In this document: positions 11,653 to 22,799 of the stretch, in pieces
Numbering within the stretch: the stretch's first letter is position 1
Layout: each line of letters starts with the position of its first letter
Origin: Sphyrna mokarran
Taxonomy: Eukaryota
DNA length: 64,000 nt
Direction of reading: 5' to 3'
Assembly (NCBI GenBank): GCA_024679065.1
Contig: JAGIQG010000004.1
Span: 105,710,001-105,774,000, forward strand
Made by a program: the position numbers and the translations under genes
The notes under the pieces: generated by a model
Database searches by the model: none
What the model was told of the DNA's origin: nothing
The model's input: only the letters and a program-made list of their open reading frames with translations

Positions 11653-13002
11653 TTTTTTTTTTTTAGAGCAACACAGCTCGGGAAACAGGCCCTTTGGCCC
11701 AACGAGCCCGCGCCGCCGTCATAACTATATAGTAGCAATTCCATTATCCTATTATAGATTTAGGTTATTCCTAATATGGAAGACTCTCACTATAGGGACA
11801 ATTTGTTTCCCAATCAGCCTAAGAGCGAATTTTTTGGGTTGTGGGAGGAAACCGGAGTGCCCGGAGAAAACCCACGCAACCACGGGGAGAACGCGCAAAC
11901 TCCCGCAGACACCGGCCCCATTCCAAGTGTCTGCACAGCCACATCGATAGTCTCTGAGCTGTCATGGTGCCCTTCAGATGGTCCACATAAAGCACTCATT
12001 TACGACATGAGGTACCAGGCAACCCATGAATCAACATCCAAGAGCTGTACCCGCACCACCTGCCGAATGCATGCTCAATGTTGGTCAAGTATGGACCGAA
12101 TTACCTGTGGGAAAAAAAGCCATAGTTAAACAGTCCTACTATATCCCTCTATCTGCATACCGCTCATGTGGCTGTCCAAGAGACCCTTAAACAGCCCCAG
12201 CGTGCCTGCTCCCACCACCTTACTCGGCAGTGCATTCCACACCCCCACTACCCTTTGTGTGAAAAACTGCCCTCTAATATTCGTCCTATACATAGCCCCC
12301 CTCACCCTATGGCCATGACCTCTCGTCCTATCCATTTCTGAAGGTGGAAACAGTTTACCTCCATTTACTCTATCTATACCCCTTATAATCTTATACACCT
12401 CTGAGATCCCCTCTAAGCTGACGTCTTTCAAGGGAAAACAACCCCAGTCTATTTAATCGTTCCTCATAAGACAGTCCTTCCATACCAGGCAGCATCCTGG
12501 TAAACCTCCTCTGCACTCTCTCCAAGGACTCCACATCCTTCCGATAGTACGGCGACCAGAACTGGACGCAGTATTCCAAGTGAGGCCTAACCAACGTTCT
12601 ATACAACTGCAACATCAAACTCCTACTCTTGTATTCTATACCCTTTTCTATGAAAGCTAACATACTATATGCCTTCTTTATCACCTTCTCCACCTGTGAG
12701 GACACCTTCAGAGACTTGTGAACCTGCACCCCCAAGTCTCTCTGCGTCTCTATGCTCCGTATAGTTTTACCTTTTATCCTATAACTCTCTTCTACATTTT
12801 TCCGGCCAAAATGCATCACCTCGCGTTTATCCGGATTAAATTCCATTTGCCATCTATCTGCCCAGTCTACCAACCTGTCTATGTCCTGTTGTATTGCCTG
12901 ACACTGCTCCTCTGTACCCGCCAATCCAAGCATCTTGGTGTCATCAGCAAATTTGCTGATCTCACCACCTACCCCAACTTCCAAGTCGTTTATGTAGACC
13001 AC
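11653..13002 (-). mobile_element. Young 5'-truncated CR1 LINE with an unusually long (~470 nt) 3' UTR containing a V-SINE core and a poly(A) end
   Basis: ORFs 12391-13002 and 12126-12431 are the CR1 RT C-terminus (SKFADDTK, LVRPHLEYCVQFWSP, FFTQRVVGVWNALP) split by one frameshift near 12400; CpGs retained; V-domain at about 11790-11915. Confidence 0.9.
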
Positions 13003-13254
13003 TATTTTTCTGATCCAATTAATTTTTACTGGAAGTGGAAATGTTCGATGTCAGGTGAGGACAGAATTGTGCTTGTATTATAATACAACAATTTTTGTGT
13101 GCGTGTTCAAAAAATGCTGGACTGTGATCTGTGAATTTCTGTTTTGCATGGGGAGAAAAAAAAATCAAGTTGTAGGTTTTGCAAAGATTTTTGCTAAACA
13201 ATGAATGAGTTTAATGTATAGTGAAAAATAAAAGTTACTTCTGAGGGTGCATTT

Positions 13255-13420
13255 ATCAGAGTAAGGTTCTGACCAATCAGAACCAATTTACCAACCAATC
13301 AGCATCCCTTTTGTTATGAAGGATAAATTTTTATTCATTTGAATTTTGGCATTCTTATGTCTGCCCTGTTGAATGCAAGAAGAAAATCTTTGACAACATG
13401 TCCCTTTTGTTTTCTGAACT
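13255..13420 (+). mobile_element. Probable solo pLTR of another Penelope-like family
   Basis: Three CCAAT boxes, then CTGTTGAATGCAAGAAGAAAA, a decayed CTGATGA...GAAA arrangement typical of PLE pLTRs. Confidence 0.4.
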
Positions 13421-14184
13421 TTTCTTTTCCTGAGTTACATTTTCTGGGTTGTGATTTCAGATATTTGGGAGCGAGTGATTATATTTTGATTCAATTCAAT
13501 TGCTTGACCATAATTCTAGAGATTGGTTATTGTGAAAACATTCTACAGTAAGAAGCATGCAGTTGATTTTTGAAAATTCAACAATTCAATTTTTCAAGGA
13601 AATGCTGATCCTGGTGTTGCCAGCCACATTCACATTCAGGGAACAGCTTTAACAAAACTGATGGGTTGTTGCCTTGCCACATTTCCTACTTTTCTCCAGT
13701 ATTTTCTCTTTATTTTCTGACTACTCTAAATACTTACATTTTTACTTCACTTGTATTTTTCCCCTTTTGAAAACTTTGATTTGTTGTCCCCCCCACCCCG
13801 TAATTTCCACCATTGGCTTCAATAGTGCAAAATATAGGCAGGTATGTTTCATTGTCAATTTATTGGCTTTAAATGATATTTTCATTTTGCCAGTTTAAAG
13901 TCCAGATTTAACAGATTAACAATTATAATAGATTAACTGTTGGTACATATTCATTTGTAATGACAATAGTTAACTCACTCTGATACCTGTCATATTTGGC
14001 AGAGGACAAATAATTACACTCTTTTATAATGCTGCGATTTGTGCATTAGTTGTGCACTATTTAGAAAATGGCTCCCTCTTGTAAAGCTGCATTGAAGTGA
14101 CATATCAAAGCTACATATTGCTGCATTTCACTAAAGCTGTCCTGTTTCTGACAGGTGATGATCTCTAATTGAATATTAAAAAGT

Positions 14185-14450
14185 AAAAATAGGAGTAGGC
14201 CATTTGACCCAATCAATAAAGTTTTCCTCATTTTAGCCTTCAATAGCTAACACTTCAATCTGAGATGCGACTTCGTTCTAGATTCTCCAACCAAGGAATT
14301 TTCTCAGCATCACCTGTGTCAAGCTCCTTTGGAGTCTTGTATGTTTTGATAAGATCACCTCATTCTTCTAAATTCTAGGGAATACAAACCTTGACTAATT
14401 TGTCCCATAGAACAGCTCCTTCATCTCAGGCAGTTCAGTGAAACTATGTT
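14185..14450 (-). mobile_element. Old CR1 3' fragment
   Basis: AGGAGTAGGCCATTTGACCC tail and ATAAGATCACCTCATTCTTCTAAATTC (EFRRMRGDLI on the minus strand). Confidence 0.55.
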
Positions 14451-14594
14451 AGTTTGTTTGCAAACTTCTATATGTCTTGAGGTTCAATTTGTGGACCAGA
14501 AAATGGTTAAATGTGATATTATGAATAAAAACATTTCATTGTTATAAATTGTATTTGAAGGAATGTTTCATATTGGTTTTGAAAAATCACAGGA

Positions 14595-14990
14595 TGATTG
14601 GCAGTTCCTGAACTCAGTACAGACTTAATTCAAACATGGGTGAAAACACCGAACTCCAGAGATGAGGTGCAGGCCACTGCCCATGACATTAAGATAGCTT
14701 TTGACCAGTTGGCACCAAGGACTCCTAGCAAATCAGGAGTCAATGGGAATCAAAGGAAAATTCCTCTGCTGTTTGGAGTCATACGCAGCAGGGATAGTCA
14801 GTGTGGCTTTGTTAATGAAGAGGTAATGCCTTAAAAAAAAGTTGATTGCATTTTTTGAGGAGGTGGCGAGGTGCATAGATGAGGATAGTGCAGTTGATAT
14901 TGTTCATTTGGATTTCGGCAAAGCCTTTGACAGGGTTCCACTTGGGAGACTTCAGTGACCCTCATAGTCAATGGCATTGACATTAAAACT
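14595..14990 (+). mobile_element. Family B LINE RT fragment interrupted by a CR1 RT fragment (about 14790-14950)
   Basis: LIQTWVKTPNSRDEVQATAHDIKIAFD, then CR1 RDSQ.GFV..FFEEV.RCIDEDSAVDIVHLDFGKAFDRVP. Confidence 0.6.
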
Positions 14991-15224
14991 GTGACTGCCA
15001 AAGAATCTAGTTCAGCAACAGGATCTAAATTATAGTCTTAAGTACAGTGTAGTTGAATTGCTAGTTTTCAGCTTTATGTAACTGTGTATTTGCATATCTT
15101 TCTGATGTCCTTATTCATCGTACTTATTTAAGAGATCAACAATTATCACATCTGCATTCTTCTGCTCTTTGGTTTTGATGCAATTTTATGGTATGGAACT
15201 GAATTTTAATAAATGTTAAGTTTA

Positions 15225-15990
15225 GTCCTTTGTGCTTTTCTGTCAACTACATACTACCCTTGATGACATTATCTGCAAAAATGGGCTTAGCTTTTACAGA
15301 TTGCTAATGGCATCTGGCTTAAATTATCATCTCTCTTCATAAAAGCAAAATATTGCGGATGCTGGAATCTGAAACAAAAACAGTAAATGCTGGGAAACCT
15401 CAGCAGATCTAATAGCTTCTGTGGGAAGGGAATAGTCAGTGTTTCAAGTTTAGATGAAACATTGGATTTCCCTCTCCAAAAATACTGTCAGCAGATTTCG
15501 CAGCATTTTCTGTTTTTGTGTCATCTCTCTTGACTACCTGTGTAGTTGCATAATCAATATCAAGCTACAGTGTGACAACTTTCTCCTTGTTAATCTAAGA
15601 AAAAGTAAAAGCAAGGTTTTCAGTTCTTCCCATTGACTTGGTACTGATTATACCCGTTTCCCAAGCCATTTGTCAAAATGAAATCTCCATTGAGCGTTAA
15701 GACATGGGAGCAGAGTGGATCATTCAGACACTAAACCTGTTTGGCCATTCACTGAGATCATGACTGATCTGGAATGGTAATCCTCAATTGCAGTTCCCAT
15801 TTTATCCCCATAAATCCTGATTCCCTTAGTGATTATGTTTAACACATTTCTACCTGCATGATATTATTTACCCAATTCCACTGAATCACTTAACCATGAT
15901 TTTGTCATCTTCAAACTGCATTTATCCAGTGCCTTCATTTCTAGCCTTCCATTCCTCGCCTTCCATAAACTCCAGTTGTCCATGATCTGT
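15225..15990 (+). mobile_element. Decayed L2 LINE RT fragment, interrupted by a palindromic element and a CR1 tail
   Basis: YILPLDDIICKNGLSF (L2 YMLPLGDIIRKHG.SF) and a later FVIFKL.L-like motif. Confidence 0.5.
15338..15520. mobile_element. Palindromic Penelope-pLTR-derived mini-element with 11-bp TSD
   Basis: Arms AAAAACAGTAAATGCTGGGAAACCTCAGC / GATTTCGCAGCATTTTCTGTTTTT are inverted; TCATCTCTCTT occurs at 15327-15337 and 15521-15531. Confidence 0.75.
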
Positions 15991-16772
15991 CCTATTCCCC
16001 CAAAATGCCCTTTTCTTTAAATTTAAATATCTTTCTTTGTCTCCATCTTGCAAGGTTGAAAGATGTGTTTCCTTGCAGATCATCACCACCTTCTTGCTCT
16101 TTATCTGTGTATTGCTCCAATTTTCTCTCTATTTTTCGTAACAGAAAGATATGCTGCTTCTTTAATATCAGAACAATGCTGTTCTACATGTTGCTTGTTG
16201 TGCTGTTAATGAATATGATGCTTTTGTTTTGGAACAGTCCATTGTCTTTTGCTCCAATTTCAAAACGCCACACTGCAACAAAGCAATAGGTATCTGTCAC
16301 TGTGGAGTACACTGTTGGAATGCAAAAAAACATTTGTTGCTTAGACAGATCTGGTAGTGTGCTGCAGTACTAAATGTACACAATTATTACTGGCTACAGT
16401 ATGTATGTCTAAAGGGAAGCAAGCCCACAAAAATCTGGAGAGGAAAAGGAAGCAAATAGGGAGGGTCATAATTCTCACTCGGAATGACCTGAAACAGTCA
16501 TGCAGAAAGTGAGATTCACTTCCACCTTTTTTGTTTGAAACAAGCTCTGATTTCAGTCAGTTGAGGCAATACAAATAATGCATTCTGTGTATTTATCCTA
16601 TTCTTGTAGAATGCTTTTGCAGTATTTCTCCCCCCCCCTCACCCCGAGAGAATTGGAAATATGTAGCCAAGAGTAAAGTCAAGTTTCAAAATATATTTGA
16701 CTCCTTAGACATAATTAACATGATGGACTTCCACATTTTCTTAACTTAGAAAGCAGGTTCATTCATTTAAAT

Positions 16773-17910
16773 TAGAACATAGAACATAGAACATAGAACA
16801 ATACAGCACAGAACAGGCCCTTCGGCCTTCGATGTTGTGCCGACCAAAATAAAAAGCAATGCCCCTCCAAACTAAACCATTCCCTTCTCTTCCATATACT
16901 TATCAACTAACCTCTTAAACGCCACCAAACTTGGCGCATCTACAACAGCTGCAGGCAGGGCATTCCACTCCCTAATCACTCTTTGAGTAAAGAACCTACC
17001 TCTGATATCCGTCCTATAACTCATACCCCTTAATTTAAAGCTGTGTCCCCTCGTGCTAGCTTTCTCCATCCTAGGAAAAAGGCTATCACTGTCCACCCTA
17101 TCTAAACCTCTAATCATCTTATATGCTTCAATAAGATCCCCTCTTAGCCGCCTCCTTTCTAACGAAAACAACCTCAAATCCTTCAACCTCTCTTCATAGG
17201 ACCTGCCCTCCATACCAGGCAACATCCTGGTAAACCTCCTCTGTACCCTCTCCAATGCCTCCACATCTTTCTTATAATGTGGGGACCAGAACTGCACACA
17301 ATACTCCAAGTGCGGCCGCACTAGAGTTTTGTACAGCTGCAACATGATGCTGCGGCTCCTAAATTCAATCCCCCTACCAATAAAAGCTAAGACTCCATAA
17401 GCCTTCTTAACAACTTTATCCACTTGACTGCCTACTTTCAGGGATCTATTGACACATACACCAAGATCCTTCTGTTCCTCAACACTATTAAGAGCCCTAC
17501 CATTAGCCCTATACTCTACACATTTATTGTTCCTGCCAAAGTGCATTACCTCACACTTTTCCACATTAAACTCCATTTGCCACCTCTCGGCCCAGCTCTG
17601 CAACTTGTCCAAGTCACTCTGTAAACTAAAACACCCCTCTTCACTATCTACCACACCACCAACTTTAGTATCATCTGCAAATTTACTGATCCATCCCTCA
17701 ATACCCTCATCCAGATCATTTATAAAAATTACAAACAGCAGGGGCCCCAAAACAGACCCCTGAGGCACACCACTCGTCACCGAACTCCACGATGAAAATC
17801 TCCCATCAACCACCACCCTCTGTCTTCTATCTGCCAGCCAATTTCTAATCCAATTAGCTAAATCACCCTCTATTCCACACATCTGCATTTTCTGTAGAAG
17901 TCTTCCATGG
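16773..17910 (-). mobile_element. Young 5'-truncated CR1/HER1 LINE with intact RT C-terminal ORF
   Basis: Uninterrupted 338-aa ORF 16872-17888 (VTSGVPQGSVLGP, SKFADDTK, LEYCVQFWSP); (GTTCTAT)n 3' tail. Confidence 0.95.
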
Positions 17911-17959
17911 GCATTCTTCAGTCTTTATTGCCCATCCCAATATCCTGAAAATTTTCTCA

Positions 17960-18255
17960 CCAAAGTATCTATGCTCCTTCAATTTTGGGCCCTTAGGAAT
18001 TTGATTTTAACCTCTGTTGGTGGCAGTGCATTTTGCTGCTGAGCCCAAACTGAAATTCCCTCCTAAACTTTCCTGCCTCTCAATCTATCTTTCCTTCTTC
18101 AAGATTGCCTCCTTGGCACTACTGTTTGGCCAAGTGTTAGGTAATCTATGCTAATGTTCACTCATGTAGTTTGATGTTTTTTGTTTCTTGCTGCAATGCA
18201 CCCTTCAATCTTTTATTACATTAATGTCACTATGTAAACATAAGCTGCTATTAAT
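17960..18255 (+). mobile_element. L2 LINE 3' end
   Basis: GGTGGCAGTGCATTTTGCTG..AATTCCCTCCTAAAC..TTTTATTACATTAATGTCACTATGTAAACATAAGCTG matches the L2 3' UTR pattern. Confidence 0.55.
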
Positions 18256-18702
18256 GATGAACTGGTGCGTTCTAAATTCGCTATTTCCTGTGTGTGGTTG
18301 GATTACACAACATGGTCCCCTTTGAAGATTGCTGCGTAATCACTCATTGTCAACAGACTTGTGCACATCCCATTTGTTCCATGGGTGGCATGTTCCTGAT
18401 TGCCATATGGCCATACGTCTGTGCTCTCTTGAGAGAACATTGGTCCTGACTACAGGGGAAATGGTAAATCACTCATGTGATATGTGAGACAGTGGTGCTG
18501 AACAGAGCATGTTATTACTAGGTGAAAGGTTTTTCAGTGATCCACTGCAGATGATCTTTGACTTCAGTTGCATGGAAATAGCAACTCTAATTAGTGAAAT
18601 CTATTGTGGGATGCATGTAGAAAGTATGCAAAAGAGAGTTAATTGATCTTATTACTCTAGGGATGTCTGAAAATGTTTTTTGTTTCCTTCTGGATCTCGA
18701 AA

Positions 18703-18922
18703 TTTACAGCGCAGTACAGGCCCTTTGTCCCTCATTGTTGCGCCGACCAGCAGAACCAATCTAATGACCTTCTAACCTAAACTATTCCAATATTATCCAT
18801 ATGCCTTTCCAATGACATTTGAATACCCTTAAAGTTGGTGAGTCTACAACTGCTGCAGGCAGGGCATTCCACGCCCTTATTACGCTCTGAGTAAAGAACC
18901 TACCTCTGACATCCGTCCTGTA
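18703..18922 (-). mobile_element. Short CR1 3' end
   Basis: YRTDVRGRFFTQSVIRAWNALPAAVV plus the CR1 tail hairpin. Confidence 0.8.
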
Positions 18923-20004
18923 AGAGTGGACCTGAGATGAATGTGATCTATGTTGCAATTTATGATGTTGTGATTGCAGAAGGCAGAACCTCTCATTCTC
19001 AAAAAGAACCACTCTCTGCCTGTGCTATACCGAATCATTCTATCTTAGTAACTGAAATGAGCAGCCTAGCGCACATTGCTTGTTCCAACCATTCTCCTCC
19101 AAGCAAATGAGCTAAATAATTCTTTGTTCCCCCTCAGATGAGCATACTCAATTTAAATGTCCTTGATTGATTTAATGTGGCTTGGACTAACAAGAGCAGA
19201 CAAGATCACAAAAGTTGTGCGAAAATGTTTATGTTGTATATCTCATTTTAAAATGTTGCACCTTATAGAATCATACTTCAAATTTAGTTTTCATAAAACA
19301 CCGACAAACCACAACTAACTATGTAGAATCATACTACTAATGAACAAGTAGCAAGTGCGCATGAAAGCTATGACTCACTTTTCTTCTTTTGATTAGATTG
19401 AAAAAGTAGCATTTTTAAAATGGCCAGAACAGTACATTTTCCACAGAATGTTCACAAATCCTTTTGTCGTGGCTAAATAGAAATAGGTAACATTGTAAAA
19501 TGCAGAGTCACAGAGCTAATAGAATGTAACTGCTTTCCCTCAGTAAATTTTGCACTAGTCTCTGGAGGAGGATTTCATCTCTGTGTACTCATTTATGGAT
19601 TTCAACTTTGATTCTCAGCAACTTGCGCATTAAACGCAAATTGTTATATTTTGTATTGTCTACTTTGTCAAATCTCTCTCCTGTAACTTTTATGCACCAA
19701 TTCTGGATAATCAAAATCAAGTTTCATTAGTCCATTGCTGTAGCTTTTATTTCATGCAGGAAAATAAAATAGCTGAGTAACATTCTTCCAAAATTAACAT
19801 TTCATGAATATTTTCAAGTCTGCTCTTCTATTTCCCTATTTAAAATATTGTATGTCTGTTATACCACCTCAGCCCTTTTCACCTCCACCTATTATGCCTT
19901 TCTTGGGTCCTTCAGCGTGTCATTGTTATCCACTTGCTCTACGCTTTCCTCTTCAAATCTGTTTTATTATTTAACGTGGCTTAACTAAGACCAGATGGTT
20001 CATC

Positions 20005-21350
20005 AGAATGTAATAGGACCAGGAATAGATAATTTGGTCATTCATTAAAATCGTACCTCAACTCTCCATTATTCAAATTTTCATTGATTTCATTAGTATC
20101 CAATAATCTATTGATCTCTGTCTTAAATGTACTTGATTGATCTGAGTGAAGAAATTTCACCTCTTCTCGGTCCTAAATGGCTCATACTTTATTGTGAGAC
20201 TGAACTTAAATTTAGACCATCTGGCAGGCAAAATATCCTCCTTGCACATACTCTGCCAAGCCTTCTCAGAATTTTATTTGTTTTGATGAGATCACCTTTA
20301 ATTCAGATAAGATCTGGGAGAATTTGACCTATTCCTCTCAGTTTCTTCCAGTTGGAAAATCCCTCTATTCCAGGAATCAGTCCAGTGAATGTTGGTTGGA
20401 TTGTCTTTAAGGCAAGCTCACTGAATACCATAATGTTTCATATCTCATCACCATTTAAATGAAATTTTAGCTTTCAGCGTTCCCTCTTAAATATAGATTA
20501 ACTTCACATCCCCCACATTACATTCCATCTGTCACATTCTTGTTAGCTCACTTTACAGCCCCTTTGTCCTTCTTGCAGCTTACTTTCCCAATAAACGTAT
20601 TGTCAGCAGACTATTTATTCATTCTTGGGAATCAGCATTGCTGGCTAGGCCTAGATTTATTGCCATCCCTAAAATGCCTGAGAGAAGTTTGGTTAAGTTA
20701 CACTTAACCCTTTCCCCAAAGTCTTTGATATAATTTATAAGTAACTGGGCTGGAACAATTGGAAATGGACACATTTATACCTACCCTCTTAACTAACTTA
20801 TCCACGGTCTCTGATGCTATCCTTTTAAAACCCTGGGATGGCGCCATTTGATTCCTGGAGGGATCCCAGTTTTGTTTTTTCTAATTTCTTCCTATTTACA
20901 GACCAAGGGAAGCCTTTAGAATCTGCTATTATCTATTTCACCACTTTAGTCTCACTTCTACATTTTCTTTATCAGTTATTTGGTTGTTCTTTTCTGAACT
21001 CTAAAGTTCTTCCAAATGCCATGTTTTCCACCTTTTTGGCAACATGACTCTGTTAACTGAACTTTCCTTGTTAGTCACAGACCGAATTTTCTATAAAGTT
21101 TTTATTCCTGTTTGTAATGTAGATTAATTATGAATATAAATTAATTATTTCAGTGTTTGACATTGCTTATCTGTGATCAGATATTTTACTGTAGATTCGC
21201 AATCTTCTTTAGCCAGTTTGGCCCCCATACCTATGTAGTTTGCTTTCTTTAGATTTAAGATGGTTGTTTTGGAATTAGTAAAATTTTAAAGCATCATAAC
21301 CATTCATCCCCAGGAACTGCGTTATTCTAGGTTATTACTTAGCACTGACT
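20005..21350 (-). mobile_element. Old fragmented CR1
   Basis: Decayed CR1 tail and ORF2 pieces (ATGAGATCACC, CACATTACATTCCATCTG = QMECNV); small family B piece inside. Confidence 0.5.
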
Positions 21351-22799
21351 TATTGTTCCTTCTATTTCATTGTGACATTGAACAGTATTGCAGAAGAATT
21401 AAATCTTCTGAAATTTATTAAATATTATATCATTGTAATTTTTCTTATTGCTTCTGAATTTATATATTTGTGAATCTTCCCATTAATTTGTTAAAGCCTG
21501 TTAGTTATTCGATTGAGCAGGGGATTCTTAGCTTAGTTGAGTGGTGCCTGGCCCATTGAAGAGTTAGTTCTTTCCCTATTTTCATGCTGTGCCCCATAAA
21601 TCAGAATCCTTGTTTCACTTGTAATAGGGGTGGGGGATTTGTTAAGTGGGTACAGGTGCTTTATAACAATTCATTGGCGGCAGTCTTTACGAAAGGTTAT
21701 AGCTCTGATAATGTTTGTCTTCAACAAGGTATTAAGGAGGTTGCCCATTACCCCTGTTAACGTTTACAATAGTTATTAAACGTGTAGTGGAAGCAATTAG
21801 AGAGAATCGTTTTGATATTTGTCTTGTCGAGTGGTGGAAAACGACATAAGATCATGTTATACACAGATGTTGTTTAGCCATTTGTGTCTAAGCCAGATAT
21901 TTTTGTTCCTGCTATTTGTATGGGTTTGGCTCCTTTTGGGCTTTAAAATGAATTGAGCAAAATCCAAGGCTATGTCTTTGGGAAAGCTTAGAGGGAGACC
22001 TCTTCCTTTTGCTCTTTTCCTCTTTAGTTGTTCCCCCTCACAGTTTACTTAGTTGGGTATTTCCGTGAACCCCTCATTCTGACAATTATCTAAGGCAAAC
22101 TTACCCCCTTACTTGCTTCAATTAAGTAGGACCTACATCATTGGTCCTCTTTACTGATATCACTGCTGGTCAGGATAGCACTGAACGAATGTGATGAATG
22201 TGCTGCCTAGGTTGTTATTTTTTTTTACAGATGCTACTAACTATAGGCAATTAAGAATTGCCTATTCTTAGTAGCAATTGTTAGTAGTGTTTAACTCGTT
22301 TATACAGAACAAAAAGAGACCTCACTTGAAATTGGCCAAATTGCAGCAGCTTAGTTCAAAGATGGGTCGAGGGCTGTCAAATATCAGGGTGCATGTTAGC
22401 TCCTCATCATTTAGTCAAGAGTGTTTAAGAAGGAGCCTACCCTTGCATTTGGCCTGATGTTGAACCTGGCCAGTTTACGTACTCATCACAATCTCTGTTA
22501 TTTCTTGAAGAATGTGAGATTATGCCTGACAAATGTGGGACTCCAATAGTCGTTAACATTCCGAGAACATGGAGGATGGTTCATGAGTTGGAAGGAAGAT
22601 TTAATTTGACTTCCATTTTCTCTCCCATTCAGGAGAACTTTAATTTTCCACTGGGTCTTATGGACAATAGTTTTGGTATGTAGAAAGTTAAGGAACCCAT
22701 TAAGTTTGGTGATGTGTTTAGTGGTACCTCCTTGTACCAGTGTGTACTATGTCATAATACACGTTGGTACAAGCGACGTAAGTTTTTTTAAAAAAAAAG

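Noticed and set aside
11770-11779. Perfect CArG box CCTAATATGG in a formin intron (possible SRF feedback)
   Set aside because: It lies in a young CR1 3' UTR, and several CArG matches are expected by chance in 64 kb of AT-rich DNA.
13270-13305. Triple CCAAT cluster as an alternative DIAPH2 promoter
   Set aside because: Better explained as part of a PLE pLTR; no CpG island or first exon nearby.
16872-17888. Longest ORF (338 aa) as a host gene
   Set aside because: It is the 5'-truncated CR1 reverse transcriptase C-terminus with a CR1 tail.
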